A DNA stretch of 64,000 nt, from positions 1 through 64,000 of the forward strand of contig CAWIMJ010000025.1 of assembly GCA_963837175.1 (NCBI GenBank). Direction: 5' to 3'. Source of the DNA: an uncultured Nitrososphaeraceae archaeon. Its GTDB lineage: Archaea > Thermoproteota > Nitrososphaeria > Nitrososphaerales > Nitrososphaeraceae. The position numbers were made by a program, and so were the translations under genes. The notes below the pieces were generated by a model. That model did no database searches and was not told the DNA's origin. It saw only the letters and a list, made by a program, of their open reading frames with translations. This document shows, one piece after another, positions 53,337-64,000 of the stretch (positions within the stretch are counted from its first letter, which is position 1; the number at the start of each line of letters is the position of its first letter).

Positions 53337-54106
53337 CTACTCTAATAACACACGGCTATCGTCTATTACAATAGTATTTCCAGTCGTAAAAGAGAAATTA
53401 CAAATTGCTATACACGTAGCTACCTTTGCGACCTCTTCTGGTTTTCCCCACCTTTTCATTGAAGATTCTTCATTAGCTTTTTTTATATCTTCTTGACTCA
53501 TAGAATTGAACGTTGCCTCTGTTGCAATGTTTCGAAGCGCTAAAGTATAAGCACGAATATTATTACGTCCATACTCCAGTGCAATATGTTCCGTTAATGC
53601 TATAAGTGGAGCTTTAGCTAAAGTATAAGGCGGTCCTAGAACATGTCCAGATATCGCAGGGGTTGAAGATATATTAATTATTATTCCCCCCATTCCATTT
53701 TTCAGCATATGGTTAATAACTACTTTAGATAATCATACAGGTCCTTTTAAATCAACTTCTGGAGTTTTATCTAACTCTTCATCTGTAATCTGGTAAAATT
53801 TTTTATACTAAATTTCGCTATTGAATGGGTATCCTGCGTTAATTATGAGTATACATATTCTACCGTGATTTGAGAGCATCTGCTGCAAAAAACTTGTCGC
53901 GCTTGCGTTACAAGTTATATCAATTTCTGCAGGAAAAGCGTTACCGTTGATTTGTTTGGCTACTCTCTCTGCTTTTTAAATACTCTAGAACAGACAATGA
54001 CTGTTATGTCATTATTTTCTGCATATTCTTTTGAGATAGCAAAACCAATGCCTTTAGCGGATCCTGTAACTACTGCTGTCTTTCCTTTAAGTGACATTTT
54101 AGTCAT
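53337..54106 (-). pseudogene. SDR family oxidoreductase, multiply disrupted
   Basis: AVVTGSAKGIG, INAG, INISS, YTLAK in different frames; conserved glycines lost. Confidence 0.85.
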
Positions 54107-54196
54107 CTATTCTTCGATTATAAGTATTTTTAGGGTTATTGATATCGATATTTCACAACCATTTAATTAAGAAAAGCATAGTTATGATTAGATTTC

Positions 54197-55081
54197 ATGT
54201 CCTCTATAGAAATTGCAGCCAGCGTGGTCAGAATTTTAGAGTTGGAAGATTTCAAGCTGCTTAAAGTTTTTGCGTCAGGCATGAAACATCATGAATCTTT
54301 AACTAAGGAACAGATAACTAACTATTCAAAACTACATCGAACCTCTATCAACTATCGAATAGGACGGCTGCATGAAATGAAACTATTAGGTAAAAACGAA
54401 TCTGGATATACTCTTCTTATGGCAGGTCTGGATGCAATTGCACTGAAGATTTTTGCAGATAAAGATATAGTAACTGGTGTTGGTAGGCCCATAGGTATTG
54501 GCAAAGAATCAGATGTGATTAGAGCAATTACTCCATCAGGAGAGGAGCGTGCAATCAAATTCTTTAGAATTGGCAGGATTAGTTTCAGAGATGCAAGGCG
54601 AAAAAGAGCGTATGGGGATAACGAAGGTATTCATAATTGGCTGATGATGAATATCGAGGCAGCAAAAAAAGAATACGACATTCTACAAGCACTTCGAGGC
54701 ACAGGAATAAGAATTCCAACTACGTATTATCGTGCATTGCATTCTGTTGTAATGAATAATATATCTGGGTCAATGTTAATAGATCTTAAAACACTGAATG
54801 CGCCAGCAACCACTTTACAGAAGATTTTAAATGATATTCGAATCTGCTACAATAATGATATCATTAATTGTGATATTAGCGAATATAACACTGTATTAGA
54901 CAATAATGACAATATATGGATAATCGACTGGCCTCAAGCAGTCACACGAGAACATCTAAATGCTAATGATTTAATAAAAAGAGATGTTTTTAATATTGTG
55001 AAATTTTTTAACAGGAGATTCGGGACAACTAAAGTTTTAGAAGAAGCTTTGGAGGAAGTAATTACTCCGCAAGCTATTTGA
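54197..55081 (+). CDS. rio2: RIO2-type serine kinase
   Basis: N-terminal w[24 protein letters not shown]. Confidence 0.93.
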   Translation: MSSIEIAASVVRILELEDFKLLKVFASGMKHHESLTKEQITNYSKLHRTSINYRIGRLHEMKLLGKNESGYTLLMAGLDAIALKIFADKDIVTGVGRPIGIGKESDVIRAITPSGEERAIKFFRIGRISFRDARRKRAYGDNEGIHNWLMMNIEAAKKEYDILQALRGTGIRIPTTYYRALHSVVMNNISGSMLIDLKTLNAPATTLQKILNDIRICYNNDIINCDISEYNTVLDNNDNIWIIDWPQAVTREHLNANDLIKRDVFNIVKFFNRRFGTTKVLEEALEEVITPQAI

Positions 55082-56246
55082 GTAATGTCAAAACCATATC
55101 TATTTTTTCCCATGTAAAGGAGGGTTCGTTTCTACCAAAATGTCCGTATGCCGCGGTTTTTCTGTATATTGGCCTTTTCAGATCAAGCATCTTAATAATT
55201 CCTGCGGGTCTCATATCAAAGGTGTTTGATACCTTGGATTCTATTAATTCCTCAGGTATTTTTCCAGTACCAAAGGTATCTACCATTACTGAAACTGGTT
55301 TAGCCACGCCTATAGCATACGCGATTTGGACTTCACACTTGTCTGCTAATCCTGTTGCAACAATATTCTTGGCTATATATCTTGCCATGTAGCATGCAGA
55401 TCTGTCCACCTTGGATGGATCCTTACCAGAAAAGGCACCCCCGCCGTGTCTCCCTATCCCGCCATAAGTATCAGCAATAATTTTTCTACCAGTTAAACCT
55501 GTGTCACCGGGTGGTCCGCCAATTACAAACCTTCCTGTAGGATTAACAAGAAATTGGGTTTTATTATCAATCCAACTGCCGCAAACTGGTCTTATTACTT
55601 TGTCAATAATCTCTTCTCTTAATTGACTCAAACTTATATCCGGTGAATGCTGTGTAGAAATTACAACAGTATCGATTTTTTTTGGTTTAGAATCTTCGTA
55701 GACAACAGAAACTTGAGACTTTCCATCAGGCCATACCCAGCTCAAATCTTTATTCTTTCTCACTTGGGATAATTTCATAGTTAGTTTATGAGCTAGGGTT
55801 ATTGGCAGCGGCATTAATTCCGGAGTCTCATTTGTTGCATAGCCGAACATGAGCCCTTGGTCTCCTGCTCCTTGTTCTTTGTTATTTCCTGCATTTACTC
55901 CCATAGAAATATCTGAACTCTGTTCATGTAATGAGACAAGCACCGAACAGCTGTTGTAGTCGAATCCGTATTCTGGTTTAGTGTAACCTATTTCTCGAAT
56001 GGTCTCACGCACAATATTTTGCACATCCACATGCGCTTTGGAGGTGGTTTCACCAGCAACAAATACAATACCTGTAGTTGTCATCGATTCTACTGCAACA
56101 CGAGAGTCAGGATCCTGTTCCAAAAATTTATCAAGGATCGAATCAGAAATCAGGTCACAAACTTTGTCTGGATGACCTTCGGTAACGCTTTCCGAGGTGA
56201 ATAGATATTTTCTGACCATTTCTGTTACTTTATCCTCGGAAGCCAC
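55074..56246 (-). CDS. metK: Methionine adenosyltransferase (bacterial/eukaryotic type)
   Basis: [28 protein letters not shown]. Confidence 0.98.
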   Translation of the reverse strand: MASEDKVTEMVRKYLFTSESVTEGHPDKVCDLISDSILDKFLEQDPDSRVAVESMTTTGIVFVAGETTSKAHVDVQNIVRETIREIGYTKPEYGFDYNSCSVLVSLHEQSSDISMGVNAGNNKEQGAGDQGLMFGYATNETPELMPLPITLAHKLTMKLSQVRKNKDLSWVWPDGKSQVSVVYEDSKPKKIDTVVISTQHSPDISLSQLREEIIDKVIRPVCGSWIDNKTQFLVNPTGRFVIGGPPGDTGLTGRKIIADTYGGIGRHGGGAFSGKDPSKVDRSACYMARYIAKNIVATGLADKCEVQIAYAIGVAKPVSVMVDTFGTGKIPEELIESKVSNTFDMRPAGIIKMLDLKRPIYRKTAAYGHFGRNEPSFTWEKIDMVLTLLK

Positions 56247-56270
56247 GAGTTAAAAGACTCATCATGTACG

Positions 56271-56528
56271 TTAGAACTCTTTCTCTAGCTTTATAAACAA
56301 CACATTATTACCTCTAATTACAACTTTACCGTAATTTGCTATAACATCTGTACCGTTATATTCTTCAGCATCCATAAGTATAAGATTCATATAGGAATCG
56401 ACATTGTTCATTCTACCGCGGTATTCTATTTCACTCTTCAATCTCACGGCAACCTTCCTATTTATATAACGCTGTAAAGTAGACAAAGGCCGCTTTGGTT
56501 GTTGCTGAGATGATGATGAAGATGACAC
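56271..56528 (-). CDS. Sm-like (Lsm/SmAP) protein
   Basis: DSYMNLIL.DAEE...VVIRGNNV. Confidence 0.95.
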   Translation of the reverse strand: MSSSSSSQQQPKRPLSTLQRYINRKVAVRLKSEIEYRGRMNNVDSYMNLILMDAEEYNGTDVIANYGKVVIRGNNVLFIKLEKEF

Positions 56529-56559
56529 TTCAATTAATCACTTTGCAATTCAAAACATC

Positions 56560-57348
56560 ATGGCTAGAATAAAAAGGTTCCTCGAATATCCTACTGGATT
56601 TATTATAGATAATAGATCAAAGAGAGTATTGCCTATAATTATACCTACAGGCTCATTATCGCTTGATCGGCTCTTGGGAGGCGGTATCCGTACTGGATTA
56701 GTTACGGATATTTACGGACAGAGTGGGGCTGGAAAATCTCAATTGTGTTTTTCACTTTGTGTCAACTGCGCCAAATATCTTAAACAGAACGAAATGATAA
56801 TGTTTATTGATACCGTGGGTACATTTAGACCTGAGAGAGTATCTGAAATCGCCAGACAGGATACCAATAGTAAAATCCTTGACAAAATTTTATATATCAG
56901 AGCGTTTTCTACGATTGAACAGATAAAAGCAATCAAGAAAATCCCCGAAATTAATCCCCTGTTAATAGTAATAGACACTGCGACATCACTATTTTCGTAC
57001 GAGTATAGAGGTGTCGCCAGACACCTCGCGTTAATGAAGCATCTTCATGAATTATCTTTTGCCGCGATTAATTTTGATTGTGCAATTGTAATAACTAATA
57101 TGATTCGTAGTGTTCCTCTTATTAGAACGTTAACTACTCAACATGACAGTAATACAGCAACTAATTCATACCAACAGCGCGAATTTATGGGAACATCGGT
57201 TTCAATTTATTCTCATATGAAATTGAGGCTTGAAATTGTTAACTCAGAGAAGTCGATAATTAGAGCAAATCTTATGCATCCTATACGTAGAAATCACGCA
57301 GACTTTAGGATAGTATCAAGAGGCTTTTCAGATCAATTTATACAATAA
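56560..57348 (+). CDS. RadA/RadB-like RecA-family ATPase
   Basis: TGSLSLDRLLGGG, GQSGAGKSQ, IDTVGTFRPER; lacks the RadA N-terminal domain. Confidence 0.88.
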   Translation: MARIKRFLEYPTGFIIDNRSKRVLPIIIPTGSLSLDRLLGGGIRTGLVTDIYGQSGAGKSQLCFSLCVNCAKYLKQNEMIMFIDTVGTFRPERVSEIARQDTNSKILDKILYIRAFSTIEQIKAIKKIPEINPLLIVIDTATSLFSYEYRGVARHLALMKHLHELSFAAINFDCAIVITNMIRSVPLIRTLTTQHDSNTATNSYQQREFMGTSVSIYSHMKLRLEIVNSEKSIIRANLMHPIRRNHADFRIVSRGFSDQFIQ

Positions 57349-57668
57349 AACAAACAACAGCAATAATAATCCTCTATTTTGAATTAGATATGAAATCTCC
57401 TATGTTGGCATTCAGATTTAGAATCAATACATGTAGGTGTAGTTTTTGTTTTTAGTGTTTAGTATAATAGTTCGATCATATTATTCAGAAGTGCACTGCA
57501 GTATTTGAGAGAAAAGATTTCCTAGTTCTCTTCTAAATTAGCAAGGATAAATCTTGCCTGGGTAAGACTTTATCCTATATGCTATAGAGATTTAATTATT
57601 GTTCATCTGATAGATTTCTACGCTAAATTCTTAAACAGCTAGAGAAATAGAAAATATCAAAGGTAATA

Positions 57669-58004
57669 TTGAGTATGGACAAATTGGAAATGATCTTCGA
57701 AATGCAAAGAACATTAGCCGAATTTATTAAATCTCCCCGATATCCAGCAGAGAAAGAACAGCGCATATGTGCCCTTAGCACTGCCATTGTCCATGAGGCA
57801 ATAGAACTTCAAAGACTCACAAATTGGAAATGGTGGAAAAAACCGGTTCGATTTGATGAAGACATGGCAAAAGAAGAGCTAGTTGATATATGGCATTTTT
57901 TAATTCAAGCAACCCTTGAACTTGGGATGACTCCTTCTGATGTTTTGAAAGAATATACCAAAAAAAATCAGATTAATAGAAATAGACAAAAAATGGACTA
58001 CTGA
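57669..58004 (+). CDS. All-alpha (dimeric-type) dUTPase
   Basis: WKWWK, EELVDIWHF, KNQINRNRQ..DY. Confidence 0.88.
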   Translation: MSMDKLEMIFEMQRTLAEFIKSPRYPAEKEQRICALSTAIVHEAIELQRLTNWKWWKKPVRFDEDMAKEELVDIWHFLIQATLELGMTPSDVLKEYTKKNQINRNRQKMDY

Positions 58005-58799
58005 CAAATTACAAAATGATTCTTTATCATAGTAGTGTGTGTGTATGTATATATCACTATGTTTAATTGTGACGGGATTCAACATTTAATTCTTCAAATG
58101 TTTTATTATCCTGAGGAATATCTCAGTAGATGTTATATAATATTAGTGTCGAGAATCAATATATTTCTATACTTCATATTCACGGAAGAAAAATCGCACT
58201 TGTCCTGGTATATCTCCCTCGATAACATGCAGATTAAAACGATTTTACCTTTCGCTAGATAATATTTATTTTGACTGCTATTAAACTATCATAATCTAGT
58301 AGTGTTAATGATAATAATTAATTATCCTCTTATCTTGAGAATGTGAGATGCAGAATTTGGCTTTGACAAAATCTCGCTAATATTATTATTATATTTTTTG
58401 ATTCTATTTTTGCTCCAACTATATAATCAATATCACTATCACTAGTTTGGATTGCCTAATCTTAATTGAAGTTGCGATTATCTTAAGTTACTGTTCAGTG
58501 TACAGTAAACAATAGTAATGTGTTTATCATTAGAGATGACGTCGCGACCCTTAAGATCATTATCACCAAGCTGAGATAGTTTTGTCGATAAATTAATTAC
58601 ACAAGCTTTTGTTATATTTATTGTTAATAAATAATAACTTTAAATATAAAATGCAGTGGATAAGATTTGGCTATTTTCTATTTTTTTTACAATCTCTATA
58701 ATAGTGCAGATTCTATCATCATGATCTTAGATACATGTTTTAAAGATAATACTACCTTTATATCACATCCAAAAACTATCATGAAACGATATCAACAAT

Positions 58800-59336
58800 A
58801 TGTCTTCAGAAAAAGGGATGGTTATAGTTTATACAGGCAGAGGAAAGGGTAAAACCACTGCTGCATTAGGAATAGTTTTACGGTCAGTGGGTCACGGGCA
58901 CAAGGTTGGAATGATTCAGTTTATCAAGGGCGAGTGGTACTATGGCGAACTTTCAAGCTCGAAGAGACTAGAACCCGAATTTGAAATGATAGCAGCAGGT
59001 AAAGGATTTGTTGGAATTATTGATGACGACCACCCCACAGAGGATCACCAAAAAGCAGCCAAAGAGGCTGTTGTACTGGCAAAGAGGAGGCTATCATCTG
59101 GCGAATACGATATAATTGTATTGGATGAAATAAACTATGCTGTAAAGTTAAATTTGATATCAGTAGAAGATGTTCTTGAGCTAGTCAAAATGCGGCCTAA
59201 AAGAACTAGCTTGGTTCTGACTGGTAATTATGCTCCAGAAGAGATTATTGCTGTAGCGGATCTCGTTACTGAAATGAAGGAGATAAAACACCCATACCGA
59301 TTAGGTATCAAAGCCAAAAAAGGAATTGATTATTAA
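58800..59336 (+). CDS. cobO: Cob(I)yrinic acid a,c-diamide adenosyltransferase
   Basis: YTGRGKGKTTAA, QFIKG, LDEIN, KHPY..G..A.KGIDY. Confidence 0.95.
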   Translation: MSSEKGMVIVYTGRGKGKTTAALGIVLRSVGHGHKVGMIQFIKGEWYYGELSSSKRLEPEFEMIAAGKGFVGIIDDDHPTEDHQKAAKEAVVLAKRRLSSGEYDIIVLDEINYAVKLNLISVEDVLELVKMRPKRTSLVLTGNYAPEEIIAVADLVTEMKEIKHPYRLGIKAKKGIDY

Positions 59337-59471
59337 TTCATTTTTATAATCGTATTGCTTTCCTTGCAAGTCTTGAAAATTTTCCAATTATATAATTACA
59401 ATCAATTTCAATTTATGATGTTAATGGAGGGCAACCTTAAAGTATCTCATTTGTTCGGTTTACCTTTACAA

Positions 59472-60279
59472 ATGGCTACTGCCGAGATTAAACAACTTCC
59501 TGATGCCGGTGATATTGTTGTTGCAACTATTAAAGAAATTACAGGTCACGGAGCTTATGTTATTCTAGATGAATATAACGGTATGACTGGCTTTCTCCAC
59601 ATATCTGAAATTGCTACAGGCTGGATACGTAATATTGAGCGTTATGTAAAACCCAAACAGAAAGCAGTATTAAAAGTAATTAGAGTAGATAAAGCCAGGG
59701 CAGAGGTAGATCTTTCGCTCAAGCAAGTATCCGGGGAAGAGCGAAAATCCAAATTAATAGAAGTAAAAAAGACTGAAAAAGCCTCTGCTTTTATGGAGAT
59801 TATAAAGGTAAAAGCACAGGTTAACGATTCACAGATTAAAGAAATTGAGGATAAAATACTTCAAAAGTATGATTATGTATATGATGTTTTTGAAACAGCA
59901 GCGAGAAAGGGAATTGATGCAATTCAAAATCTAGATTTACCCGAGACAGTAATAAAGGCTATCGAAGAGGAAAGCGAGCAAGATACAGATACCCCGGGTC
60001 GAAATTAGAGGAATATTAGAAGTATCTTTAAAGAAATCCGACGGCATTGAAGTGATCAAAAATATATTATCGGCTGCTGAAACAAGCAAGAGCAATGCGC
60101 ATATCAATATTTCGTATATTGCTGCTCCAAGATATAGAATAGTAGTATCAGCAGATAATTTTAAGGTAGCCGAGAAAGCATTAAATAATATTGTAGAGAA
60201 GATTCGAAACGCTATTGAGAAACAGCGAGGCACTTTTGGTTATATCCGTCAAGAATCTAAGAAATCCCATCAAGGATAG
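59472..60279 (+). CDS. eif2a: Translation initiation factor 2 alpha; one frameshift at ~59975
   Basis: S1 domain [13 protein letters not shown]; after shift [11 protein letters not shown]...AAPRYRI; followed by nop10. Confidence 0.93.
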
Positions 60280-60284
60280 AACAA

Positions 60285-60482
60285 ATGAAACATCTTATCC
60301 GAAAGTGTTGTGGATGTAATAGATATACCCTCAGAAAGCAATGCCCAATATGCAATGCACCTACAATTGATCCCCATCCTGCAAAATACTCACCAGATGA
60401 CAAATATGTTAGATACAGGATTGCAGATCGCTATAGTCAAATAGACACTGACTATTCTACTAAATTACAGGATGATCTTTAA
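60285..60482 (+). CDS. nop10: H/ACA RNP protein Nop10
   Basis: RYTL...CP.C...HPAKYSPDDKY..YR. Confidence 0.95.
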   Translation: MKHLIRKCCGCNRYTLRKQCPICNAPTIDPHPAKYSPDDKYVRYRIADRYSQIDTDYSTKLQDDL

Positions 60483-60805
60483 TATATAATATTTTTTGAG
60501 ATTTGTCGATAATTAATTAGAATATAATCTTAATTTAAGTACCAAAATGGACCCATAGTTGAGAGGATTTTATATTTATTTTTTGAGTATTATGTCGACA
60601 AAGTAGTGCGCAATAAATTCTTTGATGTCGAAGGTTGAAAGCCTAAATGATATAATACAAGTTCAAGAAAATTACAAAAATATTCGTATGAGTCGAAAAA
60701 ATTAGAGATAATTTAAAAACGAGGCAGATTATAAATTATGATTATCTATTCTAATCAATATGAATAAAAGGGAAATTATATTCGGCTACAAATAGAAAAT
60801 ATAAC

Positions 60806-61156
60806 TTACTGATTTGTGTTGTTATTGCCTACAGTCGTTGTATTGGTCATATTAGTTGAATTGTTACTTGGTGTAGCATTAACGACATATTCTGTTGCTG
60901 TGCTTGTGGCCTCATCTCCTGCATTGCGTGTTATATTTAGCACAGACCCAAATATTGGATTACTACTAGTCTGATTAGTTGCCATTAGATCAGTTGCATT
61001 TGTCATTTGAGTTTCTTGTGCCGAGGCCTGTTCTTCTAGGAGTGGACTAATAGCCAAAAACGATAACGCTAAGATTACTGCCAAAGAAGTAATTCCAGGA
61101 AAATCTACAGAGTCTGTACCATATTTTTTATTCATCAATATACAAAGACTCCGCAT
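60806..61156 (-). CDS. Secreted Asn/Thr-rich hypothetical protein
   Basis: Signal-like helix ending ASAQ; many NxT/S sequons. Confidence 0.6.
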   Translation of the reverse strand: MRSLCILMNKKYGTDSVDFPGITSLAVILALSFLAISPLLEEQASAQETQMTNATDLMATNQTSSNPIFGSVLNITRNAGDEATSTATEYVVNATPSNNSTNMTNTTTVGNNNTNQ

Positions 61157-61381
61157 GAAATTTATAAATTTCTACCTTCTATTCTAGGTGAAAGTATTAG
61201 ACACAATGATAATAAGAGTATTTCTTCTCAATGCATTACATTTACAGTCACATCACATACTGATATATAACATTCTTTTATACGAAAAATTTAACCTCTT
61301 AGAGACCGACTTAGCGTATTAATAAAAATATGAAGGATGTATCTGAATTTAAATTAATCCAGACACATGCCAGTAGTTATT

Positions 61382-62206
61382 TTATCTTCCTATACACAGT
61401 CCACTAGGATTGCTTGTTTCACAATTGTTGTTAGTAAAGGCGTTTGAATTGACGTTTGTAGCTAAACCGTTAGCATTGTTCAGATCAACTGTGTCTTTAA
61501 GGACATTATTGTCGGCTATTGTATTGTCACTGCTTTGGGCGTCAATAAATATTCCGTTCTGGCTTTCTCCTACATTATTCGTCGATATGATAGATTTACC
61601 AGTATTTACAAGTGTTATTCCAGCCAGTTGATTGCCAGTTATAAGATTTTCTCTCAAATTAAGAGCCTTGCTTGAATGTGCTGCAAATCCAATCTGATTA
61701 CGTGTGATTATATTCTGCATTGCTTGCAAACCATCTGTACCTGTAGAGAAAAGTGCAATTTGATTATCCGTAAAGATCACTTGTGTTATAAATGCTTTAT
61801 CAGCACCTGATGCTAAAATTCCTGCTTGAAATTGCTCTATTGTTCCTGGACCTTCAATTCTTACATTACTCGCTGAACCTAGAGATATGCCTACTTTTGA
61901 ACTGTCTGGACCTGGACCTGTAATTGTGTGGCCATTAAGTCTTATGATTGTATTGTCCTTTCCTACGATCAGACCGTCTCCTGTGCACTGTAGGTTAGAT
62001 GTCAATTCAACAACTCCGCTAACAACTTGTCCGCAAGCAGCAGTAGTAACTGGCCCTGTAGAACCACTTTGTTGATCTTGTTGTCCTTGTGTTTGTTGTA
62101 CTTCTTCTTCTTGTGCCATTGAGGATAATGGTTGCATTGTTAGACCACCTATCACTGCAAATGACACTATTGTCGCTACCATGTATGCCATTATTGTTCG
62201 TTTCAT
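61382..62206 (-). CDS. Secreted right-handed beta-helix protein (NosD/pectin-lyase-like)
   Basis: CGQVV...L.SNL.C..DGL...LNGHTITG, repeated N-x-I-x-x-N-x-x-G. Confidence 0.85.
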   Translation of the reverse strand: MKRTIMAYMVATIVSFAVIGGLTMQPLSSMAQEEEVQQTQGQQDQQSGSTGPVTTAACGQVVSGVVELTSNLQCTGDGLIVGKDNTIIRLNGHTITGPGPDSSKVGISLGSASNVRIEGPGTIEQFQAGILASGADKAFITQVIFTDNQIALFSTGTDGLQAMQNIITRNQIGFAAHSSKALNLRENLITGNQLAGITLVNTGKSIISTNNVGESQNGIFIDAQSSDNTIADNNVLKDTVDLNNANGLATNVNSNAFTNNNCETSNPSGLCIGR

Positions 62207-62253
62207 TCAGAAGACTATTTTGAATTAAACTATATATGCTATACTCTTATTTC

Positions 62254-62316
62254 TATTGTAACTAAGTAGTTACGCTATTTATTGTAACTAAGTAGTTACG
62301 CTATTAATTGTAACTA
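62254..62316. repeat. 26-bp tandem repeat (2.4 copies), each full copy holding the palindrome GTAACTA-AG-TAGTTAC
   Basis: tattgtaactaagtagttacgctatt at 62254-62279 and 62280-62305, partial third copy. Confidence 0.9.
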
Positions 62317-62801
62317 TCTATTAGTATAACTAGTCGTTCTACTACAGTATCTATCTATCATAATCAATACTAACTTACTTATAGTGGTAAGTTCGATGAA
62401 CCACGACGCACCTGATCTTTCCTCAATCACAGAGAGAAAAATATAGATATCATCATTGGATATTAGACAGTCATTAACTGAATTGATTATTACCATTCTA
62501 CATTAACAATTGGGTTGATAAATATTAACAATATCGAAAATTGTTTTTTACATAATTACTGTTTAATTATTCTGAATATAAATAACTGCGCTTATAGGCT
62601 ATATTATTAAATAAAAAAAGGTACAGCATTATTAGTGTATTGAAATGAACATTATAGTTGACCTTCTTATATTTATATTATCTTTATAAACCTATTTATA
62701 TCTATATATATTTCATATACTAGTCTATTTTATCTCGACTTTTTCTGGAAACTCTGAAGCAAGAAGAAATATAAAGAAAACAAGAAAGGATAAGAAATTA
62801 G

Positions 62802-63833
62802 ATGAATATTGCCATTGTTGGGGCAGGGGTGGCTGGTAGCTATCTTGGACATTTGCTGCAAAAGCGAGGTCATATGATAAGAATCTTTGAATCATCAAAT
62901 AAAGAAAACCATTGGCCTGTATGCGCGTGGGGAGCATCTAGAAATGTTCTTGCAAAGTTTTCAGATCAGGCTGGTCTTAATTTCGACGATTATATTTTTC
63001 ATGTAGGAAAAACACTGAGGATGGAGCTTCCAAACGATAAAAAAGAATATTTGGATTTGAAAGGTTTAGTTACATATAATAAACAAAAATGGGAGGAAGA
63101 TCTTTTAGAAGGAATTACAATTCAGTATGGTGTCAAATGCAGCCCAGACTCGTTTCCCTTGGATGAGTATGATTATGTACTTGATTGCACGGGACTACAT
63201 CGTACACTTTTACCAAAATCAAAGCAAGATTTCCTGATACCTGCATATGAATATCTGGTAGAAAACATTCATGATGAAGAGGATTTTTATGTGATAGGAT
63301 ATAAGGGAGCAAGAGGTTATTTCTGGTATTTTCCTCTTGATCATAATAGAGGGTACATAGGAGCTGGCGACATTGATAGGAAATACTACGGTATTGCAGA
63401 ATTTTTTATTCAGCAGCCTGAAGTTAAAATTGTAAAGAAAATAGGAAGACCCATACGCCTATCTCCTCCCAAACGGATGGAACCATTCTACCAGGATAAT
63501 GTAATAGGGATAGGCGAATCTATTGGATGCGTTTTCCCTATGTTAGGAGAAGGAATAATTCCTTCCTTACTATGCTGCGATATTTTCCTCGAAGTCTTTG
63601 ACAATAGCAAATACAAATTCGATTTCAAGCAGTATCGAAAGAAGGTGCTCCATAGATTTGAATATTATGATAATGTTTACAGAATTGTGAGATTAAAAAT
63701 GAACGGCACGTTAAGTACAATCAGGCATGTAAATTTGTTGATGAGTATGTATAGGAACATGAAGAAAGAAGAACGGCGTTTTGGTTTTGAAATTAGCTTT
63801 GATAAAATGAATAGGCTTCTTAATGCATTATAA
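62802..63833 (+). CDS. FAD-dependent oxidoreductase, geranylgeranyl-reductase-like
   Basis: IVGAGVAG, GYFWYFP, GESIG.V.P..GEGI. Confidence 0.88.
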   Translation: MNIAIVGAGVAGSYLGHLLQKRGHMIRIFESSNKENHWPVCAWGASRNVLAKFSDQAGLNFDDYIFHVGKTLRMELPNDKKEYLDLKGLVTYNKQKWEEDLLEGITIQYGVKCSPDSFPLDEYDYVLDCTGLHRTLLPKSKQDFLIPAYEYLVENIHDEEDFYVIGYKGARGYFWYFPLDHNRGYIGAGDIDRKYYGIAEFFIQQPEVKIVKKIGRPIRLSPPKRMEPFYQDNVIGIGESIGCVFPMLGEGIIPSLLCCDIFLEVFDNSKYKFDFKQYRKKVLHRFEYYDNVYRIVRLKMNGTLSTIRHVNLLMSMYRNMKKEERRFGFEISFDKMNRLLNAL

Positions 63834-64000
63834 TAATGCTTATTATCTACTAATCAAATATTCCCTTATAATAGTAATTAGCTCTTTTAGTTTCAATTTC
63901 TCATTAGGCTTTCGGTGTATACATATACAGTATATTTTTTATTCTCTATATTATAATTTATCTACTCTTTAGGTCGATATAGAAATTTATATAATTAAAG

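Noticed and set aside
55074-56246. Bacterial-type MetK in an archaeon as a novel transfer
   Set aside because: Already known for ammonia-oxidising archaea.
59355-59471. N-terminal extension of eIF2-alpha in the ORF track
   Set aside because: No homology; ATG at 59472 gives the normal start.
62254-62316. Mini CRISPR array
   Set aside because: Repeats are contiguous with no spacers, and no cas genes are in the window.

Overview
AT-rich archaeal DNA with the gene repertoire of a soil ammonia-oxidising archaeon (Nitrososphaeraceae; inferred from protein families and gene order). The first ~16 kb is an accessory, decayed region. It holds seven same-strand 5' stubs of tyrosine integrases with no catalytic C-terminus that I can find, tRNA-3'-end (att-like) fragments, a 90-bp MITE and several chimeric gene junctions. 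Cargo genes there include receivers, FUN14, LtrA, a PsbP-like protein, an FMN reductase and small Zn fingers. From ~16.7 kb on it is mostly core genome: aspS-gatCAB, pstSCAB-phoU, a CPA2 antiporter, an OSTC/OST3-6-like protein, thermosome, rpl11, spt5, phaE, leuS, alaS, trxA, a dead IS6, cbiD/G/X/C, rio2, metK, Lsm, radB-like, dUTPase, cobO, eIF2-alpha, nop10 and a GGR-family flavoprotein. Several conserved genes carry single-base frameshifts, three at the heptamer GCGAGCA, so assembly indel errors are likely and some pseudogene calls are provisional. I saw no complete tRNA, rRNA or CRISPR array. All family assignments are from recognition of motifs, not from database searches.
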